A stretch of 64,000 nt of DNA, from the IMG/VR virus record IMGVR_UViG_3300044675_003084, positions 1,378 through 65,377 of that record; one strand, given 5' to 3'. Positions 25,663 to 34,244 of this stretch are shown here, piece by piece. Within the stretch, counting starts at the first letter, position 1, and each line of letters begins with the position of its first letter. Below the pieces are notes generated by a model. The model worked only from the letters and a program-made list of their open reading frames with translations, had not been told where the DNA came from and did not search any database. The DNA comes from a virus. Lineage: Duplodnaviria > Heunggongvirae > Uroviricota > Caudoviricetes. The position numbers and the translations under genes are program-made.

Positions 25663-27840
25663 TTAATCTAAAAACCCTTTAGGAAACTTTGTTATTAGTT
25701 TTTTAAGAGATGGTGATGCTGGATTCCATTTGCTTAATTGAGAAAGTCTATCTTTCAAATCTTGTAGTTCTTCTAATGATAAATCTTCTATATTAAATTC
25801 TTCATCATCAATTATACTTTCAATATCTTTAACTTCGGCATATATGACTGTATTTCTATCTTTAATATCCCAACTCATTATATCAGTATTACCATTTTTT
25901 AATGCAAGTGAACCAAATACTTCCTGCGATACTTCCAATGTCTGTGCATTACCAATTCCACGCGTTCTAACCCCTAACTTATAAAGAGGTAATTCAGATG
26001 CAGGTGGGCCATCTAAAATGATTGCAATTACCGGTGTTCCTTTTTTCTTACTAATAACTAATTTATCTTTAATAGTTTTTTCAATTTTTTTCCTAATTGC
26101 TAGTTTTTCTTCATCAGTAGTTGCATTCTCGTATTCTTCCATCATAGAAGATATACCAAATATATTACCGATAGCTTCTCGTGTCATTTCTACTGCGGGA
26201 TTAGTACCAAACAATGTTTTAAAATCACTCAATGGTTTATTTGGAAAAAGAGTATCAATAATATGTGTATCTTCAATAATTTTTTCTTTGTATTTTTCGC
26301 GGGATTCTTCACTGCTCTGAAAGAATTCAAATATATTATCTGTCATCTCATTATCCAAATTTCTTAAATTAGAATACAACCCATATTTTTCTTGTATTGG
26401 TTTTTGTTTTAAGAATGCAGCTGTAAACTTCATATCATCACCATTTTTTGGATTTTTTATTATATCTACCAATTGAGATGGAGTTATTTCAGAAAACTTT
26501 TGTTTGATTTCATCATCGGATAATTCAGTAACCTCTTTACTAGTTAAACCAAATGCTTGTTGTACTGCATATTTTTTTCTCTTTCGAATTGCATCTTTTT
26601 TTGGACCAAATGTTTTATTAAATAATTTTTCATCTTCTAATAAGTTTTTAGCCTGTTCTTCAAAAAATAGTGGGTCTGATTCAATAGTAGTTGTTACTTT
26701 GTTAAATTCCTCACCTCTACGTTTTGTATAATTTGATGCTTGACACTGTTCTGGTAATGTAATACCCATTTTAGTTTCAAACTCTTTCATTGCTTTTCCA
26801 TATCCACCATTAACAATGAATACTTTAAAATCTTTCTTCAATGAAACTCCAATAGTTTTACCATCCTTTGTACGAACAAACATATCTGCAGATGTTCCGT
26901 GACCAGTAGATTGTACTAATTGGTTTCCTTCCGGTGTATCCCAAGAGAAATGTTCTATGTTTTCAAATCCAATTGTATCAGCTAAGTAATCAAATACTGC
27001 AAGACCAGATTTAACCCATTCTTTAGTTAATACATTATTAGAATCTTTCGCAATAGTTAATAATTCAATTTCAACTTCATCTCTTGCATCATCATAACTC
27101 TTACCCTCATTCATTAACTTTTGGATTTTCTGACCTGTATATACCGTCACACATTCTCCTGTACGAGATTCAGCAGTTCCTAACCCAACACCTTCTTGAG
27201 ATTGTTCGGTTTCGGCGATTGTCATAAGAATTTGTTTTTTAACTTTTGTAGAATCCACCCCTGCTAATTCCTCATTAGTTGAATTGCTTAATTTAGTATC
27301 ATCAGATGTTGCATCTTCTTTAGGTTTTTCTTCTCTACTTTTATCTGCGGCCTCTTGCTCTTTTTTAAATCTTTCTTGAGATTCAGTATCTTGCAATGAA
27401 GTTCCCTTTTCCGGTTCTGCAGGTGGTTGTTCACCTCCTACCGCTTGACCTTCTTCCCCACCCTTTTCTTTTGGTTCGGCGTTTGGATTGTTAGTTGGTC
27501 CGCCCTCTTCACCAGCTTTATTTTTTTGTTTTTCATATTCATCATCACTTACCGGTGAATATTTTCCATTATCATCTTTTTTAAATTTTTGTGCACCTTC
27601 TTTACCTTCATCACTTACTTTTACATAGAATCCTTGTCCAACGTGTTTGTATTGAGAATCTTCCCCTTCAGCTTCATTCAAATTTCTAAGTAGTTCGGAT
27701 TCCATTGAACTCAAACCCCATTCTGATAGAATATCTGATATTAAGTTTTGATGTTCTTTTTTAGCCAGTATAGGATACCCTTCGGTACTCCTATAAGAAA
27801 GTTCACGTAATAATTTATTGAAAAATTGATTTGAAGTCAT
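25663..27840 (-). CDS. Hypothetical large protein with an acidic/Lys-rich low-complexity segment
   Basis: 725 aa. Residues ~90-200 are dominated by E/K/G/D ('EGGPTNNPNAEPKEKGGEEGQAVGGEQPPAEPEKG...'). Promoter-like motifs lie upstream. Confidence 0.35.
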   Translation of the reverse strand: MTSNQFFNKLLRELSYRSTEGYPILAKKEHQNLISDILSEWGLSSMESELLRNLNEAEGEDSQYKHVGQGFYVKVSDEGKEGAQKFKKDDNGKYSPVSDDEYEKQKNKAGEEGGPTNNPNAEPKEKGGEEGQAVGGEQPPAEPEKGTSLQDTESQERFKKEQEAADKSREEKPKEDATSDDTKLSNSTNEELAGVDSTKVKKQILMTIAETEQSQEGVGLGTAESRTGECVTVYTGQKIQKLMNEGKSYDDARDEVEIELLTIAKDSNNVLTKEWVKSGLAVFDYLADTIGFENIEHFSWDTPEGNQLVQSTGHGTSADMFVRTKDGKTIGVSLKKDFKVFIVNGGYGKAMKEFETKMGITLPEQCQASNYTKRRGEEFNKVTTTIESDPLFFEEQAKNLLEDEKLFNKTFGPKKDAIRKRKKYAVQQAFGLTSKEVTELSDDEIKQKFSEITPSQLVDIIKNPKNGDDMKFTAAFLKQKPIQEKYGLYSNLRNLDNEMTDNIFEFFQSSEESREKYKEKIIEDTHIIDTLFPNKPLSDFKTLFGTNPAVEMTREAIGNIFGISSMMEEYENATTDEEKLAIRKKIEKTIKDKLVISKKKGTPVIAIILDGPPASELPLYKLGVRTRGIGNAQTLEVSQEVFGSLALKNGNTDIMSWDIKDRNTVIYAEVKDIESIIDDEEFNIEDLSLEELQDLKDRLSQLSKWNPASPSLKKLITKFPKGFLD

Positions 27841-27932
27841 TTTTATTTTTTTTACCCATTACAAATATACAAAAAATATTTCGGTTTTCCTAATTTATCT
27901 TTGCTTATTTATATAAATATCCGTATTCCGAA

Positions 27933-28730
27933 TTATATCCCGTAAGTCGTTTTTATTGCATTGTAATTTTGTGTTACTTCTGCTTCAGAAAGTGCTGTAT
28001 TATAAACTCTCATTTGATAGAATACCGGTTGGTTTGCGGAAATACTACTATTTAATTTATCCGCTGCACCTGTTCCAGTATTTGTATGTCTTGCACCAAA
28101 AAAGAATTCAGATGTTACAAATGTAGTTTGTGCAGTTACAGTATCAGATGTACCTACTTGAGAACCATTTAAATATAAACTTTGAGTTGTACCATTGATA
28201 ACAAATGTCCAATGTCGTATATCGTTACTTGCGGTAATTGTTTCCGTTGAAGGAGAGTTTGGTTTACCATATGTTATAGATGTTGCGGTTGGCATAAATG
28301 CTAAATACCCACGTCCAAAAGAATATGCTTCATTACCCCAGATACTTGCCCAATGAGAATTTGGATTGAATGATGCTACAATTTCAATAGTTGCAGTATT
28401 TGTACTTATATTATATGGAACACTAATATGTGCATCACCTGAAAATGATGAGTTTAGTAATTTTATACCACCACCATTGTTAGAAACATATGATGTACTT
28501 CCAACCAGAGTTGCGTTTTTACCATTACCACTTGCATCTGTCCAAGTTGTTCCAGAGGATGGTGCAGTTAATAAATTAAAGACTAATCCAGCTGATACAA
28601 CATTATCGTTAACAGCAGGTGTAGAACCTGATATAATTGCTTTACCAACTAAATCTCCAAATGCTAAATTCTTACCACTTGTAGATGTTTTTAGTTCGGT
28701 TATAATTCCGTTTTTAATTACTATTGCCAT
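27933..28730 (-). CDS. ConA-like lectin/LamG-domain protein with conserved N-terminal cassette (paralog of 28751..29368)
   Basis: C-terminal 'FYQMRVYNTALSEAEVTQNY' matches the LamG/ConA-like jelly-roll signature '(I/V)YNRALSxxEI'. N-terminal 36 aa are near-identical to the next gene. Confidence 0.45.
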   Translation of the reverse strand: MAIVIKNGIITELKTSTSGKNLAFGDLVGKAIISGSTPAVNDNVVSAGLVFNLLTAPSSGTTWTDASGNGKNATLVGSTSYVSNNGGGIKLLNSSFSGDAHISVPYNISTNTATIEIVASFNPNSHWASIWGNEAYSFGRGYLAFMPTATSITYGKPNSPSTETITASNDIRHWTFVINGTTQSLYLNGSQVGTSDTVTAQTTFVTSEFFFGARHTNTGTGAADKLNSSISANQPVFYQMRVYNTALSEAEVTQNYNAIKTTYGI

Positions 28731-28731
28731 A
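28621..28731. repeat. Direct repeat copy A (~110 bp, ~90% identical to 29261-29371), encoding the shared N-terminal cassette of two adjacent genes
   Basis: gtagaacctgatataattgctttaccaactaaatctccaaatgctaaattcttaccacttgtagatgtttttagttcggtt... at 28621 versus accgaacctgatataattgctttaccaacaaaatcaccaaatgctaaattcttaccacttgtagatgtttttaattcagtt... at 29261. Confidence 0.7.
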
Positions 28732-28750
28732 TCTATTTTTTGCTTTTATG

Positions 28751-29368
28751 CTAAGATACATTTAGTTGTACATAATCAACCCATGGGCCGTGATTACCAT
28801 TCCAGTTTCCTGCATCTTGTCCTGTTATTTGAACTTCTACGGATGTTATTGTATCAAATGTTGCAGGGATTTCACTTCTATTTAAAGTCAATGTTACATC
28901 GGTATAGTTCAAAGGAGCAATACTTGAACCTGTTGTTTTTGTTACAATGGTTGTTCCACCGGAGTTTTTAAATAATAATGTAAAATTATAAGTATCATTA
29001 TTATTTGGGCCGTTGTTCTCACGTTTAATATTAACAATTCCAGTAAAAGAATTTGCAGTAGAAACATAACTACTAACATTTACAGATTGACTAACTGTTC
29101 TACTTACATATGTGAAGTACAATACTCCATTTAAAACTGCAGCTTGATTTGATGAATAAAAATCCCACGTTCCAAATCCACCACTTGCTGTCCATCCCGT
29201 TGTTCCGGAACTAAAGTCAGAATTGGTTAATAATTGTGTTGTAGTTGGTGATGATACTACCGAACCTGATATAATTGCTTTACCAACAAAATCACCAAAT
29301 GCTAAATTCTTACCACTTGTAGATGTTTTTAATTCAGTTATTATTCCGTTTGTTAATACTATTGCCAT
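28751..29368 (-). CDS. Paralog with the same N-terminal cassette and a different C-terminal (putative carbohydrate-binding) domain
   Basis: N-terminus MAIVLTNGIITELKTSTSGKNLAFGDFVGKAIISGS versus MAIVIKNGIITELKTSTSGKNLAFGDLVGKAIISGS in the neighbour. ~110 nt of near-identical DNA. Confidence 0.4.
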   Translation of the reverse strand: MAIVLTNGIITELKTSTSGKNLAFGDFVGKAIISGSVVSSPTTTQLLTNSDFSSGTTGWTASGGFGTWDFYSSNQAAVLNGVLYFTYVSRTVSQSVNVSSYVSTANSFTGIVNIKRENNGPNNNDTYNFTLLFKNSGGTTIVTKTTGSSIAPLNYTDVTLTLNRSEIPATFDTITSVEVQITGQDAGNWNGNHGPWVDYVQLNVS

Positions 29369-29371
29369 TTT
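29261..29371. repeat. Direct repeat copy B
   Basis: See copy A. Read directly from the sequence. Confidence 0.7.
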
Positions 29372-29380
29372 ATTTTTCTT

Positions 29381-30046
29381 CTATTTTTGTTTGAATTTAA
29401 ATCCTGTTAGTTTTTCAATATCCGAAACCTCTACTTTGTTATTATTTATACCATCCGGTTTAGATAAGTCGTTCTCAAATAAAAACGCAAACCATTCCTT
29501 ATTTCTAACTACATAAAAAACTTTCCAACATTGTGTCGGTACGGAAATCTTTCCTATCTTTTTTAACTCGCCCACATTTCCTGCCCAGATATGAACTGAA
29601 TCTGATATTAGAGCAACATCTCTTGTTAGGGTTTCTAAGGATTTCCAGTCTCCCGCATTCAATCTATGGTATTGTGCTACCATATTTGAATAATAGAAAC
29701 TTTCATCTTGTATCGCCGGAGTTTGACATTGATTTGATTTTGCCGGCATTAGATGACCTCTATCAAATCCACTTCCTACATAATCCGTTCCAATATCGGT
29801 TTCGTTTGGTAAAAGGGGGTCGGGTTTAAAATTATCTTTACGTGGAATCGGATTTGGACAACCAATTTTTGCTTTGGTTTCCCACCATTCTACTAAGACA
29901 GGATATCTTTTTGATTTACTAAAGTGTGTTGTGTAATTTGTGTGTTTTAAAACCACTACATCTTGTGCGAATGTTACAATTGTAACGAATGATAGCATCA
30001 ACGTCATTAACGTAATCCCCACTATTGTCCCTAAATTTTTTCTCAT
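29381..30046 (-). CDS. Secreted DNA/RNA non-specific endonuclease (Serratia/EndoG family)
   Basis: Signal peptide/TM 'IVGITLMTLMLSFVTIVTFAQ' and the DRGH active-site motif 'GFDRGHLMPA' characteristic of beta-beta-alpha-Me non-specific nucleases. Confidence 0.75.
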   Translation of the reverse strand: MRKNLGTIVGITLMTLMLSFVTIVTFAQDVVVLKHTNYTTHFSKSKRYPVLVEWWETKAKIGCPNPIPRKDNFKPDPLLPNETDIGTDYVGSGFDRGHLMPAKSNQCQTPAIQDESFYYSNMVAQYHRLNAGDWKSLETLTRDVALISDSVHIWAGNVGELKKIGKISVPTQCWKVFYVVRNKEWFAFLFENDLSKPDGINNNKVEVSDIEKLTGFKFKQK

Positions 30047-30077
30047 ATACTAACTTTTCTCGTTTAGTACATAAATA

Positions 30078-31340
30078 TTAAATTTTTGAGTAATCCATGC
30101 CCCAACTCGCCTTAATTGGGAAGCCAAAACTTTCGAGCACGGATTTAATCCCCTTCGCCGTTTCAGTGTCCCAACTCAAATCGTATTCAAAGAGAAATGA
30201 ATCATAGAGATATAGAACCGGTAGTGGAAGGTCGGATGCCTTTAATTTGTGGATGACTTCCATATTAAATTCCGTTTCGGTTGCTTGGAGAAGGTAATTG
30301 AATGCCTTTTGTGGGGTTAGACCTTCAATCCATTCGATAGGGATTTTACGACCCTTTCCGGTTTGTATCCATCCTCTCTCCAATGAACCGATATGGAGTT
30401 TTTGAATGAACTCATCGACCTGTTGGAAAAATGGTATCCCCCTATCCTCATCACTCACTCCACCATAAAGAATACGGAAGGTTCGACCCTTTGAGTCCTC
30501 ATAGGAGCAACCATATTGGTCTGCCAACCATTGGTGAACGGAAGTCTTTGGAAGGTCATACCCAATCAACTTCCCAATAATTCGAACGTGATACGCATCG
30601 TAATCCATACCCAAAAACATCGTTCCATCACGAGGAATAAAAACTTCTCTCGAACCATCCTTCTTATTCAATGCACCGAAATTGATGCCACCATGTCGAT
30701 TGGAGGGACGGGAGGTTAGGGTATAGGGATTGTATTCTGTCCAAATGATATCGTTATGGAGTTGTTTAGTATTGGAAGGCCATCTATCAATAAATTTTTT
30801 GTAGTCGACGTGGAGTCCCATTCGTTCAATATCTGAAAGGATAGGAATCATCGTATCATCAATCCACAAATCGTTTGTTGTATAAGGGATATCTTTACTA
30901 ATAAGGTTTAATACCTCTACCCACTTCATTATAGGGAAACTTTTACCCAAATCATCTCTTATACCCAAACGAGTATAAAAGTTCAAGGCAGGTTCTAAAA
31001 GGGTGTTATATGGGATTGTTTTATTATGGAGGAAAAAGGATTCAGTTTCCAAATCATATAGGGATTGAATACCCAAATTCGTTTGTAATAATCCCTTCTT
31101 ATTCCACACTTTTTTAGGTTGTGTAGATTGGCTAAGGTCAATTTCAATCGGTTCGCAATCGGTATGGTCAAATGGAATTACCCATTCTCCCTTTGTTTCG
31201 AATCGGACATAGAGAAACGATAGATGGGTATTCATTGGATGCTTTTCCAAATCAGCCCATATAGGAAAAACTATTGAGGTATGATTACCCCAATAGTTTA
31301 AAAACTCTTGAACTTCCTGTTCGGTTTCTACTATAATCAT
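30078..31340 (-). CDS. Hypothetical protein with family-A DNA polymerase-like palm motifs (divergent)
   Basis: 'LGMDYDAYHVRIIGKL' resembles motif A (DYSQIELR), 'KGRTFRILYGGVS' is loosely motif-B-like, and 'VLYLYDSFLFEYD' resembles motif C (LMQVHDELVFE) with YDS in place of HDE. Motif spacing is roughly PolA-like. No exonuclease domain. Not confirmed. Confidence 0.3.
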   Translation of the reverse strand: MIIVETEQEVQEFLNYWGNHTSIVFPIWADLEKHPMNTHLSFLYVRFETKGEWVIPFDHTDCEPIEIDLSQSTQPKKVWNKKGLLQTNLGIQSLYDLETESFFLHNKTIPYNTLLEPALNFYTRLGIRDDLGKSFPIMKWVEVLNLISKDIPYTTNDLWIDDTMIPILSDIERMGLHVDYKKFIDRWPSNTKQLHNDIIWTEYNPYTLTSRPSNRHGGINFGALNKKDGSREVFIPRDGTMFLGMDYDAYHVRIIGKLIGYDLPKTSVHQWLADQYGCSYEDSKGRTFRILYGGVSDEDRGIPFFQQVDEFIQKLHIGSLERGWIQTGKGRKIPIEWIEGLTPQKAFNYLLQATETEFNMEVIHKLKASDLPLPVLYLYDSFLFEYDLSWDTETAKGIKSVLESFGFPIKASWGMDYSKI

Positions 31341-31344
31341 TTTA

Positions 31345-31379
31345 CAAAGATACGAAAATTTATTTAGATTTCCAATTTT
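31345..31379 (-). promoter_or_regulatory. Class-1 promoter-like motif upstream of the PolA-like ORF
   Basis: caaagatacgaaaatttatttagatttccaatttt. Confidence 0.4.
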
Positions 31380-31528
31380 GTTTCTGGTTTTTCTTCAATG
31401 ACCAAATATTTCATATCCTTATGTTCTTTAATTATACCTGTTTGGATTAAATTATCTACCATTTTTGGATTTTGTTGAGCCATTAACATAATGGTTTGTT
31501 GCATATAAATAATTTTCATATCTATATT

Positions 31529-32440
31529 TTATTGGATATTTTTAAACATTTGTGGAACTTGTCCATAGACAGGTAACTTACCATCCCATTTGTTAATATA
31601 TTCCAATTGTAACAACAATGGTGTTAGAGTTACTTGTTTCATTCTATTTGATTCCGCTTCTGCCTTTGCAGATGTTAACATTGCTTGTGCATTACCTTCC
31701 GCAGTTGCTACTTTAATCTTCGCTTGTGCTTCGGCAGTTTTCACTTCGTTCTCTGCTCTTAATGCTGCTTGAACTGCATTGTTCTTAGCTTCAATTGATT
31801 TCTTAAATGTTTCAGGGTAAATCAAATTCGATGTGAACTGATTAATTGTAAATCCCTCTTTTAATAATTGCCCATCTAATAATCTACGAACCTCAACTTC
31901 AAATATTGCACGATTGCTAATCAATTCATCAGCCGTATATTTGTTAGTTGCTAATCTGAATGCATCATACACTGCTGTCTTTAAGAAACCTTCCTCAATA
32001 TCTTCTAATGGTCTACGATACTTACTAAATATAGCAGGTACTTTATCCCTTTGTACTGAATAGTTCATAATAGGTGATACACTAAATTCCGAACCATCCC
32101 TACTATTTACAATGAATGAATTCTCACCTTTGTATTCTTTGTGTTGAATGAATGTAGGGAATTCATAAATCTTAGTTGTAATTGGATTGTAGAATACCAT
32201 ACCAGTAACTGCTACTACATCGTCCACACCTTTGTTATCACCATACATATTTACTTTAACACCAACGTGTCCTGCATCAACTCTTTCACATGAATTGAAT
32301 AATACTACTAATAGGATAAATCCTAATACACCTGCACTAATTGCTTTTATCATTTTTTTTATTTTTAATTTTTGTTTTAATTTATATTCTTCAATCTCTT
32401 TTTGTCTTAGAGCTTGATAATCCGTATCATATACTGCCAT
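31529..32440 (-). CDS. SPFH/band-7 (stomatin/prohibitin/HflK-like) membrane protein
   Basis: N-terminal TM 'AISAGVLGFILLVVLF', SPFH core, and C-terminal Ala/Glu/Lys-rich coiled coil 'ALRAENEVKTAEAQAKIKVATAEGNAQAMLTSAKAEAESNR'. Confidence 0.7.
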   Translation of the reverse strand: MAVYDTDYQALRQKEIEEYKLKQKLKIKKMIKAISAGVLGFILLVVLFNSCERVDAGHVGVKVNMYGDNKGVDDVVAVTGMVFYNPITTKIYEFPTFIQHKEYKGENSFIVNSRDGSEFSVSPIMNYSVQRDKVPAIFSKYRRPLEDIEEGFLKTAVYDAFRLATNKYTADELISNRAIFEVEVRRLLDGQLLKEGFTINQFTSNLIYPETFKKSIEAKNNAVQAALRAENEVKTAEAQAKIKVATAEGNAQAMLTSAKAEAESNRMKQVTLTPLLLQLEYINKWDGKLPVYGQVPQMFKNIQ

Positions 32441-32441
32441 A

Positions 32442-32702
32442 TTATTTTGTTTTAGGTTTACGTTTTGGTTTTACATTTGTAGGTTCAATTGGTTTAACTT
32501 CGTCTACTGATTCATCAGGACTCCAACCCCAATCATATAATGCTAAACCACCCCAAATGAGTAATAGTAAAAGGGCAATGCCACCTACTATATTAGCGAA
32601 AGTATCTGCCATTGTTAGACTGGGATACACTCCAAATTGTAATAACAACCATATTGTTATGAAAGTGAAGATTTGTTTTTTGTACTTTTTGATTTTATTC
32701 AT
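32442..32702 (-). CDS. Small two-TM membrane protein with basic C-terminus (holin-like topology)
   Basis: 86 aa with TMs 'IFTFITIWLLLQFGVY' and 'IVGGIALLLLLIWGGLALY' and a C-terminal 'KPKRKPKTK'. Its start is adjacent to the SPFH gene stop. Confidence 0.35.
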   Translation of the reverse strand: MNKIKKYKKQIFTFITIWLLLQFGVYPSLTMADTFANIVGGIALLLLLIWGGLALYDWGWSPDESVDEVKPIEPTNVKPKRKPKTK

Positions 32703-32716
32703 TTTATTTTATTTAT

Positions 32717-33202
32717 TTACCATATTTGAAATCCTCCACAATTGCGAAGAAAGTTAATCCACTCTTTTAATCTGCCTAACGATACACTATATGATGGTTC
32801 AACTAATGACCCATCTAATGCTACTACTGAGGTGAATAGAATATCACCATATTCGTATTGGTCATCTAATCCTTCGGTAACTTCTCTTGGTATAAATTTA
32901 CCAGTACCCGCCTCACACCACATACCCATACAAACATATAATCGGTCTTCATCCTCCGTAAGATGTTCACCATATTTTTCAGATATCAATAATTCTATTG
33001 CATCTGCTAACTTATTACATTCCCTTTGATTCTTTAAACCTTTACCATCGTTTGAACCCCAATTTGTGGTATCAAATCCCAATCCCTTTAATTCGATTGC
33101 AGTTTCAGAAAGTGCTTGGATTGGTCTCCATCCCCACCAATTAGCACCGAAATAATCACCTACTTCCGTTTTGGGCTTTCTGCCCGATATATCTACTCCC
33201 AT
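32717..33202 (-). CDS. Hypothetical protein
   Basis: Complete 161-aa ORF. Confidence 0.3.
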   Translation of the reverse strand: MGVDISGRKPKTEVGDYFGANWWGWRPIQALSETAIELKGLGFDTTNWGSNDGKGLKNQRECNKLADAIELLISEKYGEHLTEDEDRLYVCMGMWCEAGTGKFIPREVTEGLDDQYEYGDILFTSVVALDGSLVEPSYSVSLGRLKEWINFLRNCGGFQIW

Positions 33203-33220
33203 AATTTTATATTTTAAATT

Positions 33221-33433
33221 TTATCTATATAATGTTACAAACGAACCGAAATTTTTATCAAACACATTTACTGCGTTTTCATAATCACCACTCATCATTT
33301 CTTTTTGAATTGTTGCACTATCTAATCCTAATTGTTTGGCTAAATTTCTAGCAGTTCCAATTAAGAAAAATACGTTACCTTGAGGACCAGTTAAGTCAAT
33401 CTCAATACCTTTGTTTTTTTTAGTTTTTATCAT
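33221..33433 (-). CDS. Hypothetical small protein
   Basis: Complete 70-aa ORF. Confidence 0.25.
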   Translation of the reverse strand: MIKTKKNKGIEIDLTGPQGNVFFLIGTARNLAKQLGLDSATIQKEMMSGDYENAVNVFDKNFGSFVTLYR

Positions 33434-33437
33434 TGTT

Positions 33438-33785
33438 TTATATTTTACTTTTTAATTCGATTATATGTTTACAATCCTTACCTCTGCCAAATCCATGTGC
33501 CGGACAACTACATGCCCATCTACCATTCTCACTTACCACCTCATAAACTTTACCTTTACTACCTTCAACTGAGAAAGTTTGTTTTTTTATTATTTTAGGT
33601 AGTATTACTACTGATTTTGTATCTTTTTTAAACTCATCTTTGACCCACATTAATTCAATCTCACTCCAATCATATTTTCTATCTACCTTTGTCCATTTTC
33701 CTTCCTTACCGGTAGTAACGATATACCATTGACCATCAACTACTGATTGAAACGATACAGGTGGTAAATTTGATACGATATTCAT
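33438..33785 (-). CDS. SWIM zinc-finger protein
   Basis: C-terminal 'WACSCPAHGFGRGKDCKHI' fits the CxCx(n)CxH SWIM signature. Confidence 0.5.
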   Translation of the reverse strand: MNIVSNLPPVSFQSVVDGQWYIVTTGKEGKWTKVDRKYDWSEIELMWVKDEFKKDTKSVVILPKIIKKQTFSVEGSKGKVYEVVSENGRWACSCPAHGFGRGKDCKHIIELKSKI

Positions 33786-33795
33786 AACTTAGTTT

Positions 33796-34176
33796 TTAGG
33801 TTCTAAAATGAGCTCCGTTTGATGCCCAACCCTTTGAGTGATTACTAAATGGTTTTGCTGCTTGAGCAAATCTACCCAAACTTTGAACTGAATTAGAGTG
33901 TGAACCGATTGAATCCCATCCACTTTCCCACTTATCAGGTATCTTACCATCTTTGAGTATCAATAACCCAATTGCGTTAAAATACTCCTTAATGTCAGTA
34001 TATTTTACTTTAAAAAAGGTATTCAGACGATTCTCTTTATCTACGTTAATAAATAATAGTGAACGAGCCTTAACTCTACATACTTTAAGATTACGGGTCT
34101 TAATCTTCCCATTAAGGGAAACCGTCACATCTAAGAACTGACCGGAGGGAAGATTTTCAAAATTTGAAGAATTCAT
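33796..34176 (-). CDS. Hypothetical protein
   Basis: Complete ORF with a class-1 promoter motif upstream at 34207-34244. Confidence 0.25.
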   Translation of the reverse strand: MNSSNFENLPSGQFLDVTVSLNGKIKTRNLKVCRVKARSLLFINVDKENRLNTFFKVKYTDIKEYFNAIGLLILKDGKIPDKWESGWDSIGSHSNSVQSLGRFAQAAKPFSNHSKGWASNGAHFRT

Positions 34177-34206
34177 AATTTTAGGGTTTAACGTTAATTA
34201 TTATTA

Positions 34207-34244
34207 CAAAGCTAATATACGAAGAATAGCTGAGATTTCCAAAT
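34207..34244 (-). promoter_or_regulatory. Class-1 variant promoter-like motif upstream of 33796..34176
   Basis: caaagctaatatacgaagaatagctgagatttccaaat. Gene orientation gives TTTGG...TAGCTTTG. Confidence 0.35.

Noticed and set aside
30078-31340. Diversity-generating retroelement (reverse transcriptase near fibre/lectin genes)
   Set aside because: The polymerase-like ORF lacks RT motifs (no YxDD box, no QG motif) and resembles family A rather than RT. No template/variable repeat pair with adenine-specific mismatches was found near the lectin or fibre genes. The repeats seen are ordinary duplications.
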